DNA of 63,971 nucleotides, the filler included, from Octopus bimaculoides (taxonomy: Eukaryota), in NCBI RefSeq assembly GCF_001194135.2. It is 7 parts of 6 records of this genome, joined end to end, with 100 filler letters (N's around TTAATTAATTAA, not from the genome) between each part and the next. Parts side by side here need not be neighbours in the genome. Positions count along the whole stretch, not along the records: positions 6,620 to 29,882 come from NC_068998.1; positions 29,983 to 34,779 come from NC_068984.1; positions 34,880 to 45,909 come from NC_068986.1; 4 more parts are not named here. One strand, written 5' to 3'. Made by a program: the position numbers and the translations under genes. A model generated the notes under the pieces. It did no database searches. It was not told the DNA's origin and saw only the letters and a program-made list of their open reading frames with translations. Of this stretch, positions 26,696 to 37,425 are shown one piece after another (position 1 is the stretch's first letter; each line of letters begins with the position of its first letter).

Positions 26696-27065
26696 TAAAA
26701 CCCTTGAAGGCAGTGCTCCAGCATGGCCGCAGCCAATGACTGAAACAACTAGAAAAAAAGAAAAGACAAATAAAATCAGTATAAACTAAATCTCGCAAAA
26801 TTAGCTGAAAACATTATATATTCATTTACCGTATATTTGTCTATAGATAATATCATAATTTACTATTTCTAAAGTGCAAATTCTATATGTGGAGTATGTG
26901 TGTATTTGTGTGTGTGTGTACCTCTATGTATGTTTGCATGTATGTATGTATGTATGTATGTATGCATAGAGAGAAATATATATATATATATNNNNNNNNN
27001 NNNATATATATACATGCATATATACATACATGCATGCAAATATACATACCTACATGCATACATAC

Positions 27066-27096
<31 letters not shown>

Positions 27097-28140
27097 CATA
27101 CATACATACATACATACATACATACCTATGTACGTACGTGCAGAAAAAGCAACCGGTCGTTTTTGTTATTTACTTTCAGTGAAATAAATATTTATTTAAA
27201 GAATAGTAAAAATATTTGTATTTAATGATCACGATCTACATTCAAATGAGCATTAGATATTTCGCTCCAGTCACTATAGTAGCAATGATCTCGGCTCAGC
27301 ATTTGTATTGTTGAAATATATCATTCGAGGCACGTTGTGTTGTGGATTAATTTCTTTAAAGCATTGTTGATATCGAAGACGCTGTGTTGATGATCATGTT
27401 TTTATACGTTAATATAGTGATTTTAGTTCATTTTGTTTTCTGTAATGGTCTCTTTTTCTTTATGATAAACTTCGTGTTGATTAAGGAAAAATTATTTCCA
27501 CAGTGGCTGGCGACATCAATCTGATACTGAGCCGGGACTAACTTTCCACTTATATTTAACGTGTGACCCTGGGATTATCTCACAGGTCTTCTTTAACATG
27601 CACTCAGTTTAATCAAACAGCACGCAAATATTTAATGTAATCTGGGGTGAGATCCCTCATGCAGATGCTGAAACTTTGACCAAGTCTGACCTCACGCTAT
27701 ACTAGTAACCTGAGTCAACCTAATGCATATCACGTCTGACTTGATCGCATTTGGCATCAAACGTAAAGCAAATACAACGTGACTTGATTCTAAGATGAAA
27801 CATAAACTTCTACTAATGTCATCCCTCAAGGATAATGGTTCAACTATATAGCATTTTATCTGTAATACGAAATCTATTTAAGACTTATAGATTAATGCAA
27901 TATAGTTTAGATGGGTGTATAGCATCATCAAAAGGTTCCCCTTAGGTGTGTATCGCATGATTTCGTTTGGTATGAAACTATCGCTGTGCACTCAATCAAA
28001 TAATGTCGACTTGTACTGGGCAAAGTTTAGAGTTCAACACTTAATGAGGATGAAAAGAACAGTAGTAAGATTGTATGTGTGTATGTATACATGAATGCTT
28101 GTATGTATGTATGTATGTATGTATGTATGTATGAATGTAT

Positions 28141-28386
28141 GTCAGTATTCAGTTTATTTAAATATTTCTTGCCAATAAAGAAAGAACCGGTTTCTAACCT
28201 AGATCCAAGGCTCCTTCACTGGAATTTCAACATCAACAACGGGGTATGTATGCATGTATGCATGCGCAGATTTGTATGGTTTATGTATGTATTCTCATGC
28301 ATATAGTTGCATATCTAGACATGCTCATATATATATTGAAACGTTAAACTTCTAGAAAGTTTTACAGATTTTTAGTTCCAATGATG
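28141..28386 (-). mobile_element. R4/Dong lineage 1: 5'-truncated copy (ORF end plus complete 3' UTR) inside a (TATG)n tract
   Basis: Reverse complement aligns with 33030-33316 (GGAACT..AAAAATCTGTAAAAC...TGTTGATGTTGAAATTCCA...GGATCTAGGTTAGAAACCGG...CTGACATAC). TATG repeats lie on both sides. Confidence 0.85.
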
Positions 28387-28510
28387 TATGTATGTACGTA
28401 CGTATGAATGTCCTTATGTATGTATATACGTACATATGTATGTATTTATGTATATATGTATGTGTGTATATGTATGTGTGTATATGTATGTGTGTATATG
28501 TATGTATGTA

Positions 28511-28880
28511 TTCTTTTCCTTTTTAATTTAGAATAAATGTTGACCGATCACCTGCTTGATAGCAAGGTCGTGAAGGAAAGACTCTGGTTTTGTTTATCAT
28601 CCCTCAAATCTTAAGAAAGATTTTACAGATTTTTATTATTCCAAATATCGCGCTTCTTTGTAGTGTTCGGACGGATTCGTGTACATTCGGTTGCTCCAAT
28701 AATAATAATAGGTATGGAGCTGAAAGTGGATCTCGGGTACTGGATTTGCAAATTACTGATTAGTAGTCCATATATATCCTCTTTCTCTTGTATTTTTCTA
28801 ACCACATTGCTGTCCAGTGGGTACGTTTTCCACGACTGAACATATTTTCTCTTGTGGCCTAATACACAAATATCTGGTCG
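28511..28880 (-). mobile_element. R4/Dong lineage 2: 3' fragment with restriction-like endonuclease and 3' UTR
   Basis: Translation HIRPDICV...YPLDSNVVRKIQEKEDIYGLLISNLQIQYP...IPIIIIGA carries the RLE PD motif. The 3' UTR (GGATGATAAACAAAAC...CCTTGCTATCAAGCA) is shared with 42950-43140 and ends in (CATA)n. Confidence 0.8.
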
Positions 28881-28924
28881 TATGTGTGTATATATGTATG
28901 CATGTGTGATGTTAATTTCCGTTT

Positions 28925-29050
28925 TCAATTTAAATTTGTAATCATGGTAGAGGAACTGTAGATATTGTAGTAGTTGTCCATACTTATTAACTTCGCTGAA
29001 TTTGGAAGAGATATTCTCATCTACAGGGCAATGCAGACATATTAAGCATA
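28925..29050 (-). mobile_element. Further R4/Dong RLE fragment stacked upstream of the previous copy
   Basis: CPVDENISSKFSEVNKYGQLLQYLQFLYHDYKFK is homologous to SCPADVSIKTKISEEEDTYAELLRNVQLPYPDYKFR of 32780-32900. It is preceded on the minus strand by ATACATACAT. Confidence 0.7.
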
Positions 29051-29882
29051 AATGTATGTATTCCTGTATGAAGTATCTTAAATTACTTCTTTTTTTTATG
29101 GAAGTCCCTTGAGCACTGTAGATATAGCTAGGCAAATGTGCAGACGACAGCTACTGAGCCAGAAACATGTGTTCTCACATGTCCCTTTGCCTCCAGACAA
29201 TAATAAGCTTGTCATTCCCCTTAATGGCATGTCAATTTTGGAGAAATCTTGATTTTTGTGGTTATCTCACTTTCCACGTGGAGCCACAGTTGCCATTAGT
29301 GTGTGTATGTTTGTGTGTGTGTGTGTATGTGTGTGTATGCATTATTCAGATTATGTTGCAGAAGGTTAGTATTGCGTGGGATACCGTCTGGAGTAGTCAA
29401 TATAAGGCATAAACCATAAACTACATCGGGAGTCGTGGTGAGTAGTCAGCGTGTGTTTTGTGGGGTTAATGAGATAGAAGCAACAGACACGTTAAGAGGA
29501 GCGCACCAAAGGTTAATACAGTATTCAGGCACTGCTGTAAGAGTTGTAATATGGGGCATCTGCATGTTAAAGTCTCGATTCCTCTGGGTATTTTAGAAAA
29601 CATTGGTATTCAGCAGACAATTTATGTACGCTTAGGCTATAAAGTCTTTGCAGTTAGTTATTCTCTAAATATACCATACAGCTAAAACGAATATAAACAC
29701 ATATACATGCCCATCTCTCTTTCTCTCACCCTCTCTCCCTCTTTCTTTCTCTCTCTCCGCATATATATATATATATATATATATATCTACCTTTCTATAT
29801 ACATACACACACACATTTATGCATATATATGTCTATATACACAAATATATTTACGCGTATATATATACATATATATATATAT

Positions 29883-29982
29883 NNNNNNNNNNNNNNNNNN
29901 NNNNNNNNNNNNNNNNNNNNNNNNNNTTAATTAATTAANNNNNNNNNNNNNNNNNNNNNNNNNNNNNNNNNNNNNNNNNNNN
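29883..29982. other. Artificial 100-bp scaffold spacer
   Basis: N44-TTAATTAATTAA(29927-29938)-N44. Confidence 0.95.
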
Positions 29983-30002
29983 AGCCGGGTATTTCTGCTA
30001 GT
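29983..30002 (+). mobile_element. Possible Helitron 3' terminus
   Basis: AGCCGGGTATTTCTGCTAG|T has a CTAG terminus about 10 nt after a GC-rich half-hairpin. The other arm would lie in the gap. Confidence 0.4.
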
Positions 30003-31111
30003 ATATATATAGTTTTAGGGAAAAGAACCAATGTTCATGAACTCATCGATGAAAATCCACTGTCACATATAGAAAAATTAATAAGTAAAAACACAATAAA
30101 TAAGTATAATATAATACAAAGTAAAATATCATAAGATAATGATAATTAAACGACTGCACGTGTTTCATAACCAGTTTTCAAATAGAAAGAATATTTAAAT
30201 CGATTAAAACTATCGAAAATCAATTCTATTCAAAAACATAGCTAATTTTCAGGTCAAAATACAACAATAATAATAATAAAAGAATGTATATATCAACCAA
30301 CAATAAATAATAAATGAATGTATATAAAATACTTATTATATTATGATAGAAAAATATTATTAAAGATATCAAAATTATAAACGTTCCAAATTAACTTTAC
30401 GTTTATTATAATATAAGCCAACAGGAATATTATATGCAAAAACTAATTTTCACGAATCTTTCGTTTAAAATACAATTTGAACGAGGTTTTAGGCTAAAAT
30501 AATAGAGATAGAAGTAGTACATATCTAAACGATGCTATAGTTTAAACTAAAAGATTTTAGAATAAAACGTTTATTTGAAAGAAGTCTCGTGAAAATATTG
30601 CGTAAAGAAAAAGAATAGAATAAATAGATATAAAAACATGAATGAAAATTTTATTATGAATGAAAGATTAAACTTTATATAACTTAAATCATAATAAAAC
30701 AATTAAGCCGTACTCCGTGCGGACTTTTAGGCTATCTCCAGCGGAGAGCTAATTGGGCCTGCGGCCCAAAACTAATGAAAGCAATAATAATAAAGCAGTA
30801 TCCGTACTTTGCCAATATGGTATAACTTTAAATTCAGTTTAAATGAAAAACATAGGACATACATATACTATCCTGTCTTGTTGATCGACTATGCCTTTAC
30901 AACAAATACCCTGCTATTGTTGAACATTTCATTCAATTTTTTGTAACATTTGTGAACGTTTTTCTCACATTTAGTGAGAAAGGTATCGTTTATAGAAAAT
31001 TGTTTAAAATGCTTATTCTCTAGTGATAGTATGAAATTATATTTATAGGCATATTTGTTTATGGGCCTGGTTACGTTACATAGAAATTATATCTATAGTC
31101 ATATGTATTAT

Positions 31112-32000
31112 TATTGGGCTGTTCGGAAAATACTGTCTAATTTTTCAAAAACATTTTTTCAAATTCGATTTAAGATGTTACTTATGAGATGTTTCAGACG
31201 AAATTTTACGTGCTTAATAACTGATGTGTACTCTTTAATAAATTTTTATTGATCTCTTTCAGAATGTAATTTTGAAGCGTAGAAATCCTTAAGTTCAAAC
31301 ATGAAGGAAAAAAAAAAAAAAGAAAGAAATGCGTTTACTTTTTTTGCATGAATTCAAACAGCCGACAATGCTTCTCAAACAGCCGACAATATCAACAGAG
31401 CATGTGGTGAAGGATCCACTACTGATTAGACGGTACGACGGTACTTTGACAGATTCCGTAGTGGGGATGAGAGCTTTGAAGATCAAGATGATAGACGACA
31501 TCCATCCACCCTTGATGATCAGCATTTGAAAACTATACAGCTTTCTGGGACCTAACCAGAGCATTATATCGAAAGTTTACTGAAAGCAACTGAAAGAAAT
31601 GCATGCTCAATTGAGCAAAATGAGACCTGCATTTGTTAACCGACGTGATCCAATTCTGCTCCACGACAATGATCGACTGCACGTTTCCAGGATGACACTA
31701 CAGAAACTTACAGACTTGGGATACGAGACTTTATTACAACCTCCATATTCTCCTTATCTTTCACCCACCAACTACCGCTTTTTCAAGCATTTAGACAATT
31801 TTTTTAAAGCAAAAAAAAAAACTTCCGTTCCAAAACCAAGGTCGAAAGTGAATTCAAGGATTTCTTGGTATCAAAACCATTGGATTTTTATCGAAGAGGC
31901 ATAAATGACCTTGTTAACCGATGGGAGAAACGCATAGCTGTTCAGGGATCATATTTGGAATAATTCAACCTTTGTAAAAGTTCAGTTTCTCAAGAATGTA
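31112..32000 (+). mobile_element. Mariner (Hsmar1/cecropia-like) transposase pseudogene with internal deletion
   Basis: Left TIR TATTGGGCTGTTCGGAAAA. N-terminal FLHEFK...NINRA.GEG...TVRRYFDRFRSGDESFED. C-terminal PILLHDNDRLHV...LTDLGYETL.QPPYSPYLSPTNYRFFKHLDNF...GINDLVNRWEKRIAVQGSY. The middle (first catalytic D) is missing, and stops and frameshifts are present. Confidence 0.9.
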
Positions 32001-32004
32001 GGCT

Positions 32005-32180
32005 TATTTTTAAAATCAATCATCAGAAACATGTACCATATAAATCCAGCCTTTAAGTGGAACAGTAAAAATGTATAAACTGTCTACGTAACACTCTATT
32101 GTTGATATTCGAGTGAGATAAATTCATTCGGAATACATACATAACATATAAATCTGCACGCACGCACGCATATACACACA
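32005..32180 (+). mobile_element. Older R4/Dong 3'-end fragment terminating in (CATA)n
   Basis: GGAACAGTAAAAATGTATAAACTG and GAATACATACATAA parallel GGAACTGTAAAAATCTGTAAAAC and GAATACATACATAAA of 33030-33130. Confidence 0.55.
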
Positions 32181-32250
32181 CACATACATACATACATACA
32201 TACATACATACATACATACATACATACATACATACATACATACATACATA

Positions 32251-33169
32251 AGGCTGATAACACCATAAGACTTGGAAGGCAGCTCCTTGAAAACATTCCT
32301 TGTCTGATAACCTAGAATACATACCCAAAGAAGTCGCACGACTCTACCGCAACGTATCATCAGATCAAAGGATAAGCCTCTATGAGCAGAAGATTATGCA
32401 TGAATATGCTAGCAGAAAGCTCCTAGATGATAGTAACATCAAAGCAGTTCAACATGACCAAAAACCGGATTGCTACCTCGCGCTTTGAAGGACATGCATT
32501 TGCAATCCAGGAACAGGAAATATCAACCAAGTACCCGGTGCACAAATGAGATAGAGATGCAGGAAAAGCAGTAAAATGTGACAACCGATGCAGACTTTGT
32601 GGAGTTAACACCGAAGATATCACCCACATCATAAGCAGCTGTCCGAAAATGTCATCACGGTATTACCTACCGATGAGACGATGATGCTTTATAATGAAAT
32701 CCGTCGGAAGAATAACCCCGAGGACAAAGATATAAAAACGCACAGTATGGTAGAAGCCATAGCCACTCATAATAAAATGGAGTACTGGTGTAGCTGCCCA
32801 GCGGATGTTAGCATAAAGACAAAAATCAGTGAAGAAGAGGATACCTAACGCTGAACTATTGAGAAATGTGCAGTTACCCTATCCAGATTACAAGTTCAGG
32901 TTTGTACCTGTAATTATTGGGAGAAATGGGATATGTAACATACTGCCCAAATAGCAATCTTGAGAAATTAGGCTCCTCAAAACCAGAAAGGAGAAAGCTG
33001 ATTCGAAAAATACAAATCCAATCCATCACTGGAACTGTAAAAATCTGTAAAACATTCCTGAAGTTTATCATTTAAATATATATTAAGATGTCTAGATATG
33101 TAACTATATACATGAGAATACATACATAAAGCAAAACATAAAAATCTACACATATACATACATACATAC

Positions 33170-33200
<31 letters not shown>

Positions 33201-33316
33201 CATACATACATACAAAAATACCTTGTTGATGTTGAAATTCCAATGAAGGGATCTAGGTTAGAAACCGGCTCTTTCTCTATTAGCATGATATCTTGAAATA
33301 AAACTAAATAACGACA
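32251..33316 (+). mobile_element. R4/Dong lineage 1: 5'-truncated copy (CCHC finger, partial RLE and 3' UTR)
   Basis: Translation ...FAIQEQEISTKY...CDNRCRLCGVNTEDITHIISSCPKMSSRYYLPMRHD (CCHC finger plus RHD)...CPADVSIK...YKFRFVPVIIG...ITGTVKICKTFLKF*. It starts directly after a pure (CATA)n run and ends ...ACGACATACATAC. The PD catalytic segment appears deleted near 32777. Confidence 0.92.
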
Positions 33317-33725
33317 TACATACATACATACATACATACATANNNNNNNNNNNNNNNNNNNNNNNNNNNNNNNNNNNNNNNNNNNNNNNNNNNNNNNNNN
33401 NNNNNNNNNNNNNNNNNNNNNNNNNNNNNNNNNNNNNNNNNNNNNNNNNNNNNNNNNNNNNNNNNNNNNNNNNNNNNNNNNNNNNNNNNNNNNNNNNNNN
33501 NNNNNNNNNNNNNNNNNNNNNNNNNNNNNNNNNNNNNNNNNNNNNNNNNNNNNNNNNNNNNNNNNNNNNNNNNNNNNNNNNNNNNNNNNNNNNNNNNNNN
33601 NNNNNNNNNNNNNNNNNNNNNNNNNNNNNNNNNNNNNNNNNNNNNNNNNNNNNNNNNNNNNNNNNNNNNNNNNNNNNNNNNNNNNNNNNNNNNNNNNNNN
33701 NNNNNNNNNNNNNNNNNNNNNTATG

Positions 33726-33937
33726 TACGAGGGAGTGCTGAAAGGTTCCTCGCTTTAAGGGATTCACAAAAAGCCTGCTTACAGGCCCAACCTTACGAGT
33801 TCATTTACAGGGCTTAGAAAAACTGAAGGACCGCTGCAATGAGTATAGAAATCTGAGAGGGGAATATGTTGAGTAAAATCACAATTAACTGATTCTCCTG
33901 TATTTTCTTTTACCCAAAACCAGGAACTTTTCTCGTC
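33726..33937 (+). mobile_element. Mariner-derived ~210-bp internal-deletion element (MITE-like)
   Basis: Left TIR TACGAGGGAGTGCTGAAAGGTTCCT and degenerate right TIR AGGAACTTTTCTCGT. It retains the transposase C-terminus GLEKLKDRCNEYRNLRGEYVE*. Confidence 0.75.
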
Positions 33938-33987
33938 TATGTATATATATATATACAGAGAAAGAGAGAGAGAGAGAGAGAGAGAGT

Positions 33988-34026
<39 letters not shown>

Positions 34027-34579
34027 TAGGAGAGAGAGAGGAGTACAGATGTATCAATTACTATGTAGTATAAAATCGTGATTTATTAAAATTAACTCTA
34101 TCTTTATATGCTGTGTTACCATTAACAAATGGTATTAACCAATCATGAATTTATGTTGTTTAATATTTGATGTACCTGTATTTAGTCTATGTTGTTTATT
34201 CTGAGTTTTTTGTTTTGCTTTTTTTTCTCTTAGCTCAGTTATGTTCAATACATGCAAAGTACCTTAGGCAATCAATGTGCTTTTCTCTTCGTGTATATGT
34301 CTATGTGATTTGGCCTGCAAGAGATACGTAAGAATTGTCGTGCTGATGTCGACATTTGAAGCAGAAACACGTGTCCTTTTTCTTAATGGCATGTCAACTT
34401 CGGAGAAGATAGTATATCGATTTTATAGAAGAGACATGCTCATGAATCAACAATGATCTCCTCCTCTCATATGGCGCTGGTGTCAATTATCATTTAGTAA
34501 TTGTAACACATACTCTAGAAAGGAGATTAAATTCAATAAACAAGAATTTATGTTGTATGATATTTGGTTATTTCTCTTA

Positions 34580-34779
34580 GCTCAAACGGAGAAGAACTGG
34601 GACGAGATAACGAGAAGGGTGGCCACTCTAGCCCGGCAATGGGCCGAGAGGAAGCTTTCCCTGAAAGGTTAGGCGGAGGTGGCGAACACGTACATCACGT
34701 CCGTCATCTACTACCGCCTGACCGTCGTTCCTTGTCCTGACCCTACCATCACCAAACTGGAGCGCATCCTCTTCCGCTT
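34580..34779 (+). mobile_element. Tx1/L1-clade LINE ORF2 fragment (post-RT), truncated by the spacer
   Basis: GC-rich. Translation QTEKNWDEITRRVATLARQWAERKLSLKG*AEVANTYITSVIYYRLTVVPCPDPTITKLERILFRF matches the NW...W..R.LS..GR...N...S...Y...P...F.F motif. There is one TAG at 34670-34672. Confidence 0.85.
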
Positions 34780-34879
34780 NNNNNNNNNNNNNNNNNNNNN
34801 NNNNNNNNNNNNNNNNNNNNNNNTTAATTAATTAANNNNNNNNNNNNNNNNNNNNNNNNNNNNNNNNNNNNNNNNNNNN
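34780..34879. other. Artificial 100-bp scaffold spacer
   Basis: N44-TTAATTAATTAA(34824-34835)-N44. Confidence 0.95.
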
Positions 34880-35035
34880 ATATATACGATGGGCCTCTTT
34901 CAGTTTCCGTCTACCAAATCCACTCACAAGGATTTGGTCGGCCCAAGGCTATAGTAAAAGACACTTGCCCAAGGTGCCACGCAGTGGGAATGAACCCAGA
35001 ACCATGTGGCTGGTAAGCAAGCTACTTACCACACA
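34880..35035 (-). mobile_element. SINE family B, 5' half
   Basis: High identity to 43650-43797. Confidence 0.9.
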
Positions 35036-37244
35036 AAAAAAATCTATGCTGTAAAGGTGTGGTTTGAGGGAGATCTGGCTGTTATTTAGGAGGTTCTCCA
35101 GTTTGCTGAACCCTTCATCAAAGATGTAGACATAAAGTGTTTTAAATGTGCTAACATTGTAATATAACAGGATCCATTGCTATTGTTTATGCCCAGGTCA
35201 GCACCGATTGAGCAGACATGATCAGAAGCATTCCAAAATTGATCTTTTACTTGTTTCAGACTGCAGCCATACTGGGACACCGCCTTGAAAAAGTTTAGTC
35301 GAATGAATCGACCCCCAGCACATTTTCTTAATACTGAAAAAAAAAAAAAAAAAATCAGCCAGCTAGTACAAAAAAGTAAATGTTGAAGTGAACCCTAGGT
35401 ACCTGCTTCGTCAAAAATTATACAATGATACTCCCGTGCAGTATGGGAAAAGAGAAGCTTGATATTTCGAGACTACTCCGTCAGAAAGAAATTTCGCTTC
35501 AGCTGAGGCTTTGGTAGTGCCGGAAAAATATATAAGATCACGGTAATTCTAAACATACAGAACGATTGTAGATAATATATTAAACATATTTGTTGCTTGT
35601 AATTGAGCCCTTCGATCCCTACAGAGTATCAACCTTCCACAACATTTCATCACAGTTATCCTTCTGGGTTCTGTCTTCTGTCTCAAGTCTTGATGATTTT
35701 GAATTGTCATCGATGATCCTGTAATTTTGTTTTTCATAGTTAGAGGTATTGTTTCTATGCTAATCTATTTTTATCTCTGGGAAGAGATGGCCCATATTAG
35801 TCTGGCTTCTATCTTTTGGCCTGTCCAGCATAGGTGGTTCTACCAGGAGTTTGTGCTCTGCTAGCATAGCTCTCAAGGTCATTGGGATATAAAAGCCACC
35901 ACACCGCAATAAGGGCTGGACCTTGTGACGGATTAAATATATAATAAATCACTTTTCTTTGGACGCAAGTGATAAGGGTCAGTGAGTATTAATAAGCGTA
36001 TATGTCGGGAGCAATAGTGAATAGAACTGTGCGAGAGTGTAAGGAGAGACCAATGATCACAAGATTAAAGCTACAGCATGCAATCTTTCGACATTGCACC
36101 ACTCAAATGAGTGAAACTAGTAAAAGAAAAAAATACAAACGCATGCACACAAACATAACCACGCGTGCGTGCATACGCACATATATTATTGTCAGTTATT
36201 GTCAAACTATTCCATCGGAGAGAAAATAACTCAGCAGCTCTCTATAGATTGCTTGCAGACTGCCAAAAGGCTATGTGATAGCTTCAATTGTTAGATATGT
36301 TTTTAACTTTTAGGTAAGAGAGAAAGCAGTGCCCATGTCCATTTAGAGGGCTTCCGAGAATGCTTCTGGGAATGCTTGAAACAGCGGACTTCACTAAAAG
36401 GATCCAAGAAGCCAGGTGGTACTGTTAAACCGAGAGACAGATCAACACGCATATATAATTATANNNNNNNNNNNNNNNNNNNNNNNNNNNNNNNNNNNNN
36501 NNNNNNNNNNNNNNNNNNNNNNNNNNNNNNNNNNNNNNNNNNNNNNNNNNNNNNNNNNNNNNNNNNNNNNNNNNNNNNNNNNNNNNNNNNNNNNNNNNNN
36601 NNNNNNNNNNNNNNNNNNNNNNNNNNNNNNNNNNNNNNNNNNNNNNNNNNNNNNNNNNNNNNNNNNNNNNNNNNNNNNNNNNNNNNNNNNNNNNNNNNNN
36701 NNNNNNNNNNNNNNNNNNNNNNNNNNNNNNNNNNNNNNNNNNNNNNNNNNNNNNNNNNNNNNNNNNNNNNNNNNNNNNNNNNNNNNNNNNNNNNNNNNNN
36801 NNNNNNNNNNNNNNNNNNNNNNNNNNNNNNNNNNNNNNNNNNNNNNNNNNNNNNNNNNNNNNNNNNNNNNNNNNNNNNNNNNNNNNNNNNNNNNNNNNNN
36901 NATTTCTTTATTCATATTTATGCAAATTCATTTTGATATCTAACAATGGTTTTGAGACCTGGTAAGTTTAATTAATCAGTTTAATTATTTAACTAAAGGG
37001 GCTTTTTTTCAAACTTTATTTGTGATGTTCTCTCCAGATTCTTTGATTTATAAAGAGATTTTAATTCAGATTTCTCTTGAGAATCGGTCATAACATTTTG
37101 AATAGAATTCGGACCCGATTACTGAAAAAACTAAAAGACAGTTTCAGTTTGATGGCCCCAGAAAAATATTTTGCCTAGGCTGCTCGCATGGCCAAGGGTA
37201 TAGATTAAAATATTGCCAATTTCGAATGCTTAAGTCGCTGCTGT

Positions 37245-37425
37245 TGTTGTTTAACCTCAGGTCAGCATTGAAATAGCAGAACTTATGATCAAAGATGTTC
37301 AATTGGAGATCACTAATTATTTTTTACGACTCCATTATCCTGGACACACGCAGCATAACATTTTTAAAGGAGTGATTAGAAGATATAGTCGTTATTTCAA
37401 ATATGTCGAGCGACCACGGAGAAGC
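37245..37425 (-). mobile_element. Retroposon 3'-tail fragment ending in (AAC)n (family E), degraded
   Basis: TGTTGTTGTTTAACCTCAGGTCAGC...TATGATCAAAG recurs at about 35180-35235 and 52070-52130, and in the opposite orientation at about 55595-55650 and 58030-58100. Confidence 0.55.
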
